Below are positions 35,920 to 45,218 of a stretch of 64,000 nucleotides of DNA, one piece after another. Each line of letters opens with the position of its first letter. Positions within the stretch are counted from its first letter, which is position 1. The translations under genes and the position numbers were made by a program. Location: NCBI GenBank assembly GCA_963732385.1, contig CAVSZB010000002.1, positions 218,984 to 282,983 on the forward strand. Reading direction: 5' to 3'. The stretch comes from an uncultured bacterium (lineage in GTDB: Bacteria > Krumholzibacteriota > Krumholzibacteriia > LZORAL124-64-63). Under the pieces are notes generated by a model. It saw only the letters and a program-made list of their open reading frames with translations, made no database searches and was not told where the DNA came from.

Positions 35920-36357
35920 ATGCCCACGTTCAAGCACCCCTGCCCCGCCTGCGGCAAGTACATCTCGCGGGACGCGGCTCGCTGCCCGTTCTGCGGGGCG
36001 ATCGACCCGTTCGTGCCCGGCCGCTGCCAGGCGTGCCGGGCGCCGATCGAGGATCTCGCCTGGGTCGCCTGCCCTTCGTGCGGCGCGCCGCTGAAGGAGG
36101 GCGTGGCGCCGATGCCGAGCGCGGTTCCCGTGGCCGAGCCAGCCGCTGTGCCCGCGCCGCCCGAGGCAAGGGCGCCGGCCGGTGCACCGGCGCCGGCCCC
36201 GCCCGCGCCGGTGGCGCCGCCGGCGGCGCCGGGCGTCGCCCCGTGCGCGGCGTGCGGAGCGTCGCTCGACCCGGGCGCACGGTTCTGCACGATCTGCGGC
36301 ACCCTCGGCCGGCTGAGACCGCGAGACGGGGGCGCCCCTGGCCCGCGAAGGACGTGA
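35920..36357 (+). CDS. Zinc-ribbon protein (six CxxC)
   Basis: CPAC, CPFC, CQAC, CPSC, Pro/Ala linker, CAAC, CTIC; SD GAGGAG. Confidence 0.85.
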   Translation: MPTFKHPCPACGKYISRDAARCPFCGAIDPFVPGRCQACRAPIEDLAWVACPSCGAPLKEGVAPMPSAVPVAEPAAVPAPPEARAPAGAPAPAPPAPVAPPAAPGVAPCAACGASLDPGARFCTICGTLGRLRPRDGGAPGPRRT

Positions 36358-36362
36358 GACCT

Positions 36363-36395
36363 CCACTTGCGTTGTTGCGCAAGTGGTGAGATACT
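36363..36395 (+). promoter_or_regulatory. Promoter with 9-bp palindromic operator
   Basis: CCACTTGCG-N6-CGCAAGTGG overlapping TTGCGT-N17-GATACT. Confidence 0.65.
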
Positions 36396-36401
36396 CCGTC
36401 C

Positions 36402-36698
36402 GTGGAAGCCATCGCACCCGCCACCGACCTCGATCGACAACGGACCGCCCTCATCGGGCGGGCGCTCGCCGATCCCAAGCGGCTCTACGTCCTCGAGACG
36501 CTGGCCGCCGGGGAGGCGTCCGTTTCCGAGCTGTCGGCGTGCGTCGGCTGCCATGTCCCGAACATGTCGCAGCACCTCGCGGTCCTGCGCTCCGCCGGCC
36601 TCGTGACCACCCGTCGCGAGGGAAGCACCGTCTACTACCGCCTCGCGGATCCAAAGGTCCTCGAGGCCTACCGCCTCATCCAGGGCCTCGCCCGCTAG
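36402..36698 (+). CDS. ArsR/SmtB-family regulator
   Basis: ALADPKRL..SVSEL..MSQHLAVLRSAGLV..RREG..YYRL. Confidence 0.9.
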   Translation: MEAIAPATDLDRQRTALIGRALADPKRLYVLETLAAGEASVSELSACVGCHVPNMSQHLAVLRSAGLVTTRREGSTVYYRLADPKVLEAYRLIQGLAR

Positions 36699-36745
36699 GG
36701 CACGCCAGCGACCCGGCCCACCGGGAGAAAGGAATCGCGCCTCCG

Positions 36746-37090
36746 ATGGCCGAGATCAAGCACGCGACGGACGCCACCTTCGAGCAGATCGTCCTCCACG
36801 CCGAGCGCCCCGTCATCGTCGACTTCTGGGCCGCCTGGTGCGGGCCCTGCAAGCTCGTCGCCCCGGAGCTCGAGAAGCTCGCCGAGAAGTACGACGGCGT
36901 CGTCGACGTCGTGAAGGTGGACGTGGACGCCAATCCGGGCCTCTCGCGCGCCTTCAACATCATGAGCATTCCCACGATCGCCTTCTTCCCGGGCGGCGAC
37001 AAGCAGCCGACGGGCGTCATGGGCTTCCAGCCCGCCGACCAGCTCGAGGCCAAGTTCGGGCTCGCCGAGTACGCGAAGCCGGTCAGCTGA
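36746..37090 (+). CDS. trxA: Thioredoxin
   Basis: VDFWAAWCGPCK, IMSIPT. Confidence 0.95.
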   Translation: MAEIKHATDATFEQIVLHAERPVIVDFWAAWCGPCKLVAPELEKLAEKYDGVVDVVKVDVDANPGLSRAFNIMSIPTIAFFPGGDKQPTGVMGFQPADQLEAKFGLAEYAKPVS

Positions 37091-37130
37091 CCGCCACGGG
37101 CGGCCGCTCCTCCGCCGCCCGTCGCCATTC

Positions 37131-37166
37131 TCGACCGCCCCGCCGGCTCGCCGGCGGGGCGGTCGA
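37131..37166 (+). terminator. 16-bp stem hairpin after trxA
   Basis: TCGACCGCCCCGCCGG-CTCG-CCGGCGGGGCGGTCGA. Confidence 0.6.
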
Positions 37167-37187
37167 CGTTCCGGCCACAATGCGCGC

Positions 37188-38228
37188 GTGACAGAGCGCG
37201 AGGCCTGGTCGACGATCCTGCGGGCGAGGGCTGCCGCATACGCGGACATCGCCCTCGTCAACATCGAGCGCGAGTTCCCGGCCGATGCCTGGCACACGTG
37301 GCACGGTCCCGGGGACGCCCCGTCCCGACCGCGCGACCGGACCCCGGTCTTCTGGGGGAGCTACGACTGGCACTCGTCCGTCGAGATGTTCTGGCTCCTC
37401 GTCCGGCTGGCCCGCCAGGTCCCCGGCAGCGTCCCGCTGGCCACGATCCGGGTGGCGCTCGAGACCCGTCTGACGCGGGACGGGCTGGCCGCCGAGGCAG
37501 CCTTCATCGGTCATCCCGACCACCGCAACCGCGAGCGTCCGTACGGCTGGGGCTGGGGCCTCGCGCTCGTCGACGAGCTGGGGCGCTGGGAGGACGCCGA
37601 CGCCCGACGGTGGGCGGGCCACGCCGCGCCGCTGGCCGAGGCCCTCGTCGCCAACCTCCTCGGCTGGCTGCCCAAGGCCACCTATCCCGTCCGCCACGGC
37701 GTCCACGGCAACAGCGCGTTCGGGCTCGGGCTGGCCCTGCCGCACGCCGAGGCCCTGGCGTCGGCCGGCGACGGCCGGCTGCTGGTCGCAATCACCGGCG
37801 CCGCCGGCCGCTGGTTCGCCGACGACGCCGACGCGCCGGCCGCCTGGGAGCCGTCAGGGATCGACTTCCTCTCGCCGACCCTCGTCGAGGCCGAGCTGAT
37901 GAGCCGGCTGGTGACCAGCGAGGCGTTCGGAGCCTGGCTCGACCGGTTCCTGCCCGGCCTCGCGGGGGGACGACCGGCATCGATCTTCAGTCCCGCCGTC
38001 GTCTCCGACACGACCGACGGCCACATCGCCCACCTCCACGGCCTGAATCTCAGCCGGGCCTGGGCCTGGCGCCGCATCGCGGAGATGCTCCGGGCCGACG
38101 ACCCGCGAGCAGCTGCGGCGGCACGTGCGGCTCGCCTCCACGCCGCGGCGGGGCTTCCGCACGTGGTGGGTAGCGACTACATGGTCGAGCATTGGCTCGC
38201 CGCCTACGCGGTGCTCCTCCTGGCCTGA
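37188..38228 (+). CDS. DUF2891-family protein
   Basis: FWGSYDWHSSV, ERPYGWGW, H.NSAF, EPSG.DFLSP, HLHGLNLSRAW, HWLA. Confidence 0.85.
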   Translation: MTEREAWSTILRARAAAYADIALVNIEREFPADAWHTWHGPGDAPSRPRDRTPVFWGSYDWHSSVEMFWLLVRLARQVPGSVPLATIRVALETRLTRDGLAAEAAFIGHPDHRNRERPYGWGWGLALVDELGRWEDADARRWAGHAAPLAEALVANLLGWLPKATYPVRHGVHGNSAFGLGLALPHAEALASAGDGRLLVAITGAAGRWFADDADAPAAWEPSGIDFLSPTLVEAELMSRLVTSEAFGAWLDRFLPGLAGGRPASIFSPAVVSDTTDGHIAHLHGLNLSRAWAWRRIAEMLRADDPRAAAAARAARLHAAAGLPHVVGSDYMVEHWLAAYAVLLLA

Positions 38229-38240
38229 CACGGCCGGACG

Positions 38241-38567
38241 TCAGTCGCGCCCGGCGCCTTCGTCGGCCAGGCTCACCGCGCTGTCCAACCAGGCCAGCAC
38301 CCGGTCGCGGGAGAAGTCGTCGAGCTCGGCCGGCGCGAAGCGGACCCAACCGCGACCCCTCGGCGACTGCGTCACGTCCGGGGTCCGAAGCGCAGCGCTC
38401 GCGACGGCGGGCCGAAGGCGGACCTCGATGGCGTCGGGCTCGATCACCGCGGCCAGCGTCCCGTGCATCACGACGCGGTGGCCGTCGCCGTCCACGAGCC
38501 ACTCCGCGAGATCATCGAGGGCATCGGCGTGTTCCAGGACGTACGCCTGGAGCGAGCCACCGGTCAC
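38241..38567 (-). CDS. Hypothetical protein
   Basis: GTGA overlap with the upstream gene; GC3-biased ORF ending RGWVRF..AWLDSA. Confidence 0.65.
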   Translation of the reverse strand: MTGGSLQAYVLEHADALDDLAEWLVDGDGHRVVMHGTLAAVIEPDAIEVRLRPAVASAALRTPDVTQSPRGRGWVRFAPAELDDFSRDRVLAWLDSAVSLADEGAGRD

Positions 38568-39040
38568 CCGACCGCCTCGAGGACCGCCGCGAGGTCGGCC
38601 TCGTGGTCGGCGTAGTGGTCGAGAAGCTCCTCCTCGAAGTGCGGGCCGTGGACCGAGTGCTTGACCCAGCGCGTCTCCGGGACCACCGTGAGGTAGCCGC
38701 GCAGCTCGCCGGGGATCTCGGCGGCGCGCCGCAGCACCTCCTCGGCGGGAAGCGCGCGCCAGGCGGCGGCGAGGTCCTCGTTCACGGCATCGCCCCGCGC
38801 CTCCCACGCGGCGTTCATCGCCTCGAGCGAGGGGCTCCGCTCGCCGACGGCGAGCTCGCGGGCGACGTCGAGACAGTGCTCCTGGTACGCGGCAAGGTGG
38901 CTCAGCAGCTCGCGGGCCGACCAGCCGTGGGCAGCCGCGACGGGCTCGTCGAAGCGCTCCGCCGGCACGTCGAGGAGAGCCTCGAACGGCCGCCACGCAT
39001 CGCGTTCGTCCTCGAGGAAGGAGAGGGCGTCGAAGTACAT
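38564..39040 (-). CDS. DinB/maleylpyruvate-isomerase-N-like four-helix protein
   Basis: GWSARELLSHL..HYADH pattern. Confidence 0.75.
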   Translation of the reverse strand: MYFDALSFLEDERDAWRPFEALLDVPAERFDEPVAAAHGWSARELLSHLAAYQEHCLDVARELAVGERSPSLEAMNAAWEARGDAVNEDLAAAWRALPAEEVLRRAAEIPGELRGYLTVVPETRWVKHSVHGPHFEEELLDHYADHEADLAAVLEAVG

Positions 39041-39172
39041 CCGTTGATGGTAGACGGTCGGCCGGCCGGCAGCCCACCCGGCGTCGCTGCGGCCCGCTCG
39101 GCGGCACGGCATCCCGGTCGGGAGCGCCATCCGCCCTTCGGCCGCGCGCGAACGAATGGTAGAGTCCCACCG

Positions 39173-39913
39173 ATGAGCGAACGCCTGCCCTTCCTGCCGC
39201 CCGTCGACCCCGCCCGCGGGGCCGATGCGCCGCCGCCCACCACCGTCACGCCCGAGATGCTGGCGAGCCTCCTCGCCGACGGCGACGAGGAGCTTGCGGC
39301 GTGGACGCTGCGGGGCGCACTCGCGGAACGTCGTCGCGCCGAGATCTTCGACGGCCTCCTCCGCGACGCGATGGGCATCATCGGCGATCGCTGGGCCGAG
39401 GGACGCTGGACCGTGGCCGAGGAGCACCTGGCGAGCCAGACGGTCGTCCGCGCCCTGGATCGCATCCGCGACGAAGCCGGTCCCGCCGGCCGTGTCGGTC
39501 CTCTCGCCGTCCTGGCCGGCGCCGCCGGCGAGCATCACGGCATCGGGCTTGCCTGCCTCGACCAGGTGCTCCGCGAGGAGGGCTGGACGGTCGCCAACCT
39601 GGGACCCGACGTCCCCGCCGCGGACCTCGCCCGTTTCCTCGACCGCAACCGCGCGGAGATGGTGGCGCTGACCGCGTCCCTCCCCGATCGGCTCGACGCG
39701 CTCCGCGAGTCCATCGCCGCCGCCCGGGCGGTCCGCCCCGGGGACCCGATCCCCGTGATCGTCGGTGGCGGCATCACCGCTGACGTCGGCCTCGTCGGCG
39801 GCCTCGACGTCGACTGGGCCGGCACGTCCCTGGTGGCGGCGGCGCGTTTTGCGGCGGCCGTCCTCGCCCGGATCAGCGACCGTCCCCCGGCCGAGGTACC
39901 CGAGCTGCCCTGA
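39173..39913 (+). CDS. Stand-alone cobalamin-binding domain protein (CarH/AerR-type)
   Basis: W-x9-EH (WAEGRWTVAEEH), EHHGIG, NLGPDVP, VIVGG. Confidence 0.85.
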   Translation: MSERLPFLPPVDPARGADAPPPTTVTPEMLASLLADGDEELAAWTLRGALAERRRAEIFDGLLRDAMGIIGDRWAEGRWTVAEEHLASQTVVRALDRIRDEAGPAGRVGPLAVLAGAAGEHHGIGLACLDQVLREEGWTVANLGPDVPAADLARFLDRNRAEMVALTASLPDRLDALRESIAAARAVRPGDPIPVIVGGGITADVGLVGGLDVDWAGTSLVAAARFAAAVLARISDRPPAEVPELP

Positions 39914-39987
39914 CGGGTCGTCCCGTCGCGGTCACGGCGGGGGCCACCCTCGGGCGAGACTCACGCGGGACGAGCGAGACTCGACCC

Positions 39988-40599
39988 CTAGCGGAACGCG
40001 GCTAGCGCCTCCTGCAGGACGCTCTCGTTGACGTCGGCGGCCACGACCGTCTGCACGACCCGGCCGTCGGCCGACGGCCAGACGACGATCGCCTGGCGGG
40101 AGTCGCCGTTGACGACGTCGATCCGCCAGGCAGGTCGCCCGTCGACCTCAAGGGTCGTCGGTCGCACGGCGTCGGTCCCACGGTCCCTGGAGGCGGCCCG
40201 GCGATACTCCTCGGCCATCAGCTCTGCCGTGAGCCCGTCGCCCTCGAAGGCGCCCAGCTGGATCCCCCCGCGACCGCGCTCCCAGATCGCCCCGCCGAAC
40301 CTGGTCTCCTCGACGCCGGCCTCGTAGATCGAGCCGAGCGTGTCCTTCGAGCAGAACCGGCCGGAGTCGCGGCTGGCGGCCTCCTCGCCGCCGAGCTCCA
40401 CGGGGATCCGCGCCTCCAGCTCCGGGTAGGCCCCCGACATCTGCTGCGGAGGGTGGGGTTGCAGGGCGCGGAAGGGTCGAACACGGCCGTCGCTGCGGCG
40501 CGCACGCGGCGAAAGGAGTGCCGCGGCCGCCAGTGCGACGATGACCAGGCGGCGCGGTGCGAACGGGGCGCGGAGCCGGGGACGAAGGGGGGCGTGCAT
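39988..40599 (-). CDS. Hypothetical exported protein (probable compensating indels)
   Basis: Hydrophobic N-terminus, GAYPELEARIP..DSGRFCS; leaderless -10 TACGCT upstream. Confidence 0.6.
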   Translation of the reverse strand: MHAPLRPRLRAPFAPRRLVIVALAAAALLSPRARRSDGRVRPFRALQPHPPQQMSGAYPELEARIPVELGGEEAASRDSGRFCSKDTLGSIYEAGVEETRFGGAIWERGRGGIQLGAFEGDGLTAELMAEEYRRAASRDRGTDAVRPTTLEVDGRPAWRIDVVNGDSRQAIVVWPSADGRVVQTVVAADVNESVLQEALAAFR

Positions 40600-40687
40600 C
40601 TCGACGGAGCGTACCGGGAACCGGTCGTGAGCGCCGCGCGTCGCTGCCGCGCGCCCCGCGGCGCACGTCAGGCCTGCCCCGCCGCCC

Positions 40688-40727
40688 GCCCCGGCGTGCC
40701 CCGGCGTGCCCCGGCGTGCCCCGGCGC
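40688..40727. repeat. 10-nt tandem repeat x4
   Basis: GCCCCGGCGT x3 plus GCCCCGGCGC. Confidence 0.85.
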
Positions 40728-40736
40728 ACCGGACTG

Positions 40737-41025
40737 GAGTCCTGCAGTGGTGCCTGAACGTCCGCCGACCTTCCACCCCGGCCGCACCGGGACGAGCCTC
40801 TCATTGCGGACCGCCCGGCACGCGCGTACGGTGCCCCCATCACCGTCGCGGCGTAACGGGAGCAACCTGGGGCGTCGGCCACGGGCCGGGACGGGGGTCG
40901 CACGAAGATCGAGGGCGTCGGGCGCGACGCCGGGAGGTGCGGCTCGCCGCCTGCGGTCACGAGTCGAGTAACCACGGTCCACCGGCCAGCAGGCCCGGAC
41001 GCAACGGCGGCGATGGACTCATCGG
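40737..41025 (-). ncRNA. Candidate structured non-coding RNA (family unassigned)
   Basis: Long intergenic stretch with several hairpins whose imperfect pairs are G-U on the minus strand. Confidence 0.35.
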
Positions 41026-41179
41026 ACGGCGGCCCTCATCCCGCCGGTCCCACATCGCGTTCATCAGCGGGGCGCCCGCGCGGGGCGCCCCGCGGCGCGT
41101 CCGGGAACGACGACGCTTCCGCCGCCGGCCGCGCGATGCGATGCCTCGCAACGGACGTGTCGCGGCGCGACCGGGTCGC

Positions 41180-41905
41180 TCAGGACGCCGCTTCCTCCCC
41201 GAGCGCGTTCGCCACCACCCGAGCGGCGTCCAGCAGGTCGGGGTCGCGGGTGATCGAGCGCGCCAGCCAGCGGACGTAGGACGGCTCGCGCTCCGCGATC
41301 TCACCGAGCGTCGACCCGTGGAACTTGCCGAACGCGATCGTCGTCGCGCGGGCGTCCTCGAGGGTGGGCAGCGGCCGCCGGCGGCCACGGCGCGCCCGCA
41401 GGCGCTCGAGGGGGCCGGTCGGGTCGGACGCCCGGGGAGGCTCCGGCGCCAGCCGCCGGGGCCGCGGCGGGTACGCGCCGCGCGGATGGTGCCGGTAGCC
41501 GTCCCCGCGCGGCGTCGTCGTCGCGTTGCGCGGCCGCATGAGGTCGCTCGTGTCGAGGCGAGCCGTCACCGGCCGCGTCGGCGGGGGCGGGGGCGGCCCG
41601 GTCGGCCGCGGCGCCTCGGCGCCGGGGCCGGCGCCCGTCGGATCGGACCCGGCCGAGCCCGCGGCCGGGCGGCGTGTGGCGAACCCCTGCCCGCCACGGC
41701 TGCTGGGTCCGGCCGGGTGCTTGCGCAGCTCGTTGTAGGCGGCGTTGATCGAGGCCATCCGACGCGTCGCGGCACGGCGCTCGGCCGCGTTCGCAGCGAG
41801 GTCCGGGTGGTGCTCGCGCGCCAGCCGGCGCCAGGCGGCCTTGATCGTGGCCTGGCTCGCCCCGGGGGCGACGCCGAGAACCGCGTGCGGGTCAGGATGC
41901 GCCAT
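41180..41905 (-). CDS. J-domain protein with C-terminal FGK-H-G small domain
   Basis: DPHAVLGV..IKAAWRRLAREHHPD..INAAY; tail FGKFHGSTLGEIAEREPSYVRWL. Confidence 0.85.
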   Translation of the reverse strand: MAHPDPHAVLGVAPGASQATIKAAWRRLAREHHPDLAANAAERRAATRRMASINAAYNELRKHPAGPSSRGGQGFATRRPAAGSAGSDPTGAGPGAEAPRPTGPPPPPPTRPVTARLDTSDLMRPRNATTTPRGDGYRHHPRGAYPPRPRRLAPEPPRASDPTGPLERLRARRGRRRPLPTLEDARATTIAFGKFHGSTLGEIAEREPSYVRWLARSITRDPDLLDAARVVANALGEEAAS

Positions 41906-41978
41906 CCCACCATCCTAGGGGCTACGCTGGAGCCGCGCGGGCGCCCGTGGCCGCCCCGACGATCGCGGAGGAATCACC

Positions 41979-42530
41979 GTGCCCGACCACACCCCGCTCC
42001 AGCCTGCGCTCGGCACCTGGGAGGCGATCAATTCCCTGCGCGTCGTCCGCGACTTCGCGGATCAGGCGCTCGAGCCGTGGGCGCTCGAACGGATCCTCCA
42101 TGCCGGCCGGCGGGCGGGCAGCTCGAAGAACCTGCAGCGCTGGGCCTTCGTCGTCTGCCGGGACCGCGCCCACCTGGCGGAGCTGGCGAGCCTCGGGCCG
42201 TGGGCAGGCCACGTCGCCGGGGCCGCCGTAGCGATCGCCCTCGTCACGCCGGACCCACGGGCGCCCGGCGCACCCCTCTCGATCGCCTGGGATCTCGGGC
42301 GAGCCGCCCAGAACATGGTGCTGGCGGCTTGGGAGCTCGGGATCGGCAGCGTCCCGGCCACGATCTACGAGCACGACCGGGCCCGCGCCCTCCTCGGCTA
42401 CCCCGCCGACTGGCACTGCGAGTACCTCCTCTCGCTCGGCTACCCGGCGGACCCCCGGGTCCTCGCGGCGCCGAAGCGAGCCGGCGGCAGGCGCGATCTT
42501 GTCGACCTCGTTCACGAGGAGCGCTGGTAG
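41979..42530 (+). CDS. Nitroreductase family protein
   Basis: R.VRDF, AGSSKNLQRW.F, DLGRAAQNMVLAAWELGIGS, LGYP. Confidence 0.9.
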   Translation: MPDHTPLQPALGTWEAINSLRVVRDFADQALEPWALERILHAGRRAGSSKNLQRWAFVVCRDRAHLAELASLGPWAGHVAGAAVAIALVTPDPRAPGAPLSIAWDLGRAAQNMVLAAWELGIGSVPATIYEHDRARALLGYPADWHCEYLLSLGYPADPRVLAAPKRAGGRRDLVDLVHEERW

Positions 42531-42623
42531 CGCCCCCCATCCGCAGACGCGGGCCCTCCGAAGAGATCGTCGACGGCACCGCCCGGTGCCGCAGAGCACT
42601 CGCCCCAGGAGGAACTCCCCACG

Positions 42624-43367
42624 ATGCGACGCTTCCGCACCCTCGCGGCCTCCGCGCTCGCCGGCACCCTGGCGCTGGCGATCGTCGCCCCCGCCGCGGC
42701 CACCGGATCGGCCGAGACGACCCTGCGTGCCTTCCACAACTCGCCCGACACGCCCCGGGTCGCGATCCTCGTGAACGGCGCCGAGTCGGGCATCGAGCTC
42801 GCCTACCCGGAGCTCACCCCGTACATCAAGCTCCCCGTCGGAGCCACGGTGAGCGTGAAGATCCTCGAGGGTCCCGCCGCCGGCGCCGCGCTCGACATCA
42901 CCGTTCCTGCCAGCTCGCGGCCGCTCACGGTTGCCGCGATCGGCTCCCTGGCCGATCTCCTCGACGGCGTCTCCGAGCCGAGCGACCTCCGCCTGAAGGC
43001 CTACACCGACAAGGCCGGGATCCGTGGCAACTGGGCGCTCCTTCGCGTCAACCACACGAGCCCCGACGCGCCCGCCGTCGACGTCCAGGCCAAGCTCTTC
43101 GGGCGCTGGGTCACGGTGATCCGTCACCTCGAGTTCGGTGAGTCCTCCGCGTACCTCCCGCTGCCCCAGAAGAACCCGTTCACGGGCAAGATGATCAAGT
43201 ACGACTTCCGGGTGAAGATCTCGGGGACGTCGACGGTGGTCACGACCGTGTCGACACCCCTCCCGAACGACGCGCAGACCGTCTGGGCGATCGGCTTCGC
43301 GGGCAAGCTCGGCGCCGGCACCCCCGACGCCTTCGGCCTCAAGATCACGAAGGACGGCCGGAACTAG
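42624..43367 (+). CDS. Secreted DUF4397-family protein
   Basis: Signal peptide; two R..H.SPD.P.V repeats. Confidence 0.8.
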   Translation: MRRFRTLAASALAGTLALAIVAPAAATGSAETTLRAFHNSPDTPRVAILVNGAESGIELAYPELTPYIKLPVGATVSVKILEGPAAGAALDITVPASSRPLTVAAIGSLADLLDGVSEPSDLRLKAYTDKAGIRGNWALLRVNHTSPDAPAVDVQAKLFGRWVTVIRHLEFGESSAYLPLPQKNPFTGKMIKYDFRVKISGTSTVVTTVSTPLPNDAQTVWAIGFAGKLGAGTPDAFGLKITKDGRN

Positions 43368-43388
43368 CCGCTGCGCTTCTGGCCGCCA

Positions 43389-43416
43389 CGACGCCCCGGC
43401 TTCGGCCGGGGCGTCG
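43389..43416. terminator. Hairpin with UUCG loop between convergent genes
   Basis: CGACGCCCCGGC-TTCG-GCCGGGGCGTCG. Confidence 0.65.
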
Positions 43417-43458
43417 CCGATTTCGTGGGTCCTTCGCCCGTGTCGCAGGCGCCAACGG

Positions 43459-44741
43459 TCAGTCCGGCGCCACCGGGTTGAGCGGCACCTCCAACTCGGG
43501 CTCGGGCTCGGCGTCCAGCGACGCCTCGACGCCCTTCGCCTCGGGAGCCGGCGCGCCGGCTTCCAGGTACGCGGCGAAGGCCGACTCCAGCCCGACGTCG
43601 CTGCGCTGCCGCTCCGACAGGAGCCACTTGTGCTCGAGCAGGTCGCAGTACGCCTGGAGCGGATCGCGCGACGGCCCGATCACGGGAGCGAGGCGCGCCA
43701 GCGTCGGCCGGAGCACGTCGCGCTGCCAGCGTTCGGCCGCCTCGGCCGACGGCACCCGCCGCGCCTCGTGATACTCGAGCCAGCAGCGGTACCCGGCCAG
43801 GTCGTTGAGGAGGAGGCGGGCCTGGCCCTCCAGGGCGACGAGGCCGGTGCGCCGCTGCAGCTCGCGGGCGTGGAAGTCGCGGCGCGTCACCGCCGCCCGC
43901 AGGCGCACCCGGCCGCCCGGTCCCGGCTCGAGCTCGATCTCACCGACAGCGAAGCCCAGCTCGTTGAGGCGTCGCACGCGGGCCTGGACGGCGAAGCGGT
44001 CGCCCGCCTCGATCTCGACCTGGCCGAACAGCTCGTCCCAGAGCTGGGAGTAGCGGATGCGGACCGCCTCGGCGGCATCGATCTGCTCGTCCATCGTCTC
44101 CGGGCGACCCTGGAACGCGGCGAGGTCGGCGAGGCCGAAGGCGACGTTCTCCACGAGGACGTCGAGGTCGTAGGCCCGCTGGCCGTCCGAGAGCGCGGGG
44201 TGGACCTCGCTCGTCTCGGCGTCGACGAGGTAGGCCTGGCATACGTGTCGCCGTCGCGCCGGAACAGCGTGTTGGCGAGCGAGCAGTCGCCCCAGTAGAC
44301 GCCGGCCCGGTGGAGGTCGACGAGGAGCCCGGCCATGGCGTCGAGGAGGCGGTCGCGGTAGCCGCCCGGCTCCAGCGGTACCCGCATGAGGAGCCGGCGG
44401 TACTGCAGGGAGTGCCGCAGGAACTCGGTGACCAGGATCGCCTGGCCCTCGGCGGTCCGCTCCCCGATGCCGATCGGGCGGACCGCCGGCAGCCCGACAT
44501 GCTCCATGTGGAGGAGCGCCGCGTACTCTCGGCGGGCGATCTCGACAGGCTCCTCCTTGAGGGCGTAGAGCGTCGTCCCGCCGATCACGAACCGGACGAG
44601 GTGGCGGGACGGTCCGACCGGGATCTCCCTGAGGAGAACCTCGTCGGGGCGCCAGTCGCCCAGCGGCTGCTCCCAGGGGAGGGCGAGGAGCGCCTCGCTC
44701 GGTTCGCGGAGCCGCAGGCGGGGAAACGCCGGCTCGCTCAG
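43459..44741 (-). CDS. DUF4032-containing kinase-like protein (frameshift near 44240)
   Basis: LPWEQPL..SRHLVRF..YALKE, WGDCSLANTLFRRD, YLVDAET, LLEHKWLLSE. Confidence 0.85.
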
Positions 44742-45178
44742 CGGTGCTTCCGCAGGTACGTGGTGAGCGAGGCGTCGAATCCGGCCGCCTCGAAGAGCCG
44801 CCGGGCGTCCTGGCGATGGTGGCCGGCGGTGACCTCCACGAAGGCACAGCCCAACTCCGCGGCCAGCTGGTCGACGTCGGCGAGGAGCGCCCGTCCGATC
44901 CCGCGGGATCGGACGGCGGGGTCGACGGCCATCGCGATGACCCGCGCCAGCCGGTCGTCGTGCTCGAAGCGGGGGAAGATGTGGACCGCCACGAAGCCCA
45001 GCGGAGCGCCGTCCTGCTCTGCCACGCGAACGCGCGATCCGAGCTCCGCGAACCGCTCGAGGCGCCGCACGATGTCGCTGCCGCCGGCCGGATAGCCTTC
45101 GTCCGAGAGGAGGCCGGCGATCCAGTCGGCGTCGGCCGGGTCGGCGTCCCGGAAGGTGAGGGTGGCCTCGATCGTCAT
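44738..45178 (-). CDS. GNAT acetyltransferase
   Basis: VDPAVRSRGIGRALL, A..LFEAAGF. Confidence 0.9.
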   Translation of the reverse strand: MTIEATLTFRDADPADADWIAGLLSDEGYPAGGSDIVRRLERFAELGSRVRVAEQDGAPLGFVAVHIFPRFEHDDRLARVIAMAVDPAVRSRGIGRALLADVDQLAAELGCAFVEVTAGHHRQDARRLFEAAGFDASLTTYLRKHR

Positions 45179-45218
45179 GATCGGATGGTAGCCGACGAAC
45201 GGGACGAAGGCCCGGCCA

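Noticed and set aside
41055..41070. CTGATGA on the minus strand as a hammerhead ribozyme core
   Set aside because: No downstream GAAA or compatible stems.
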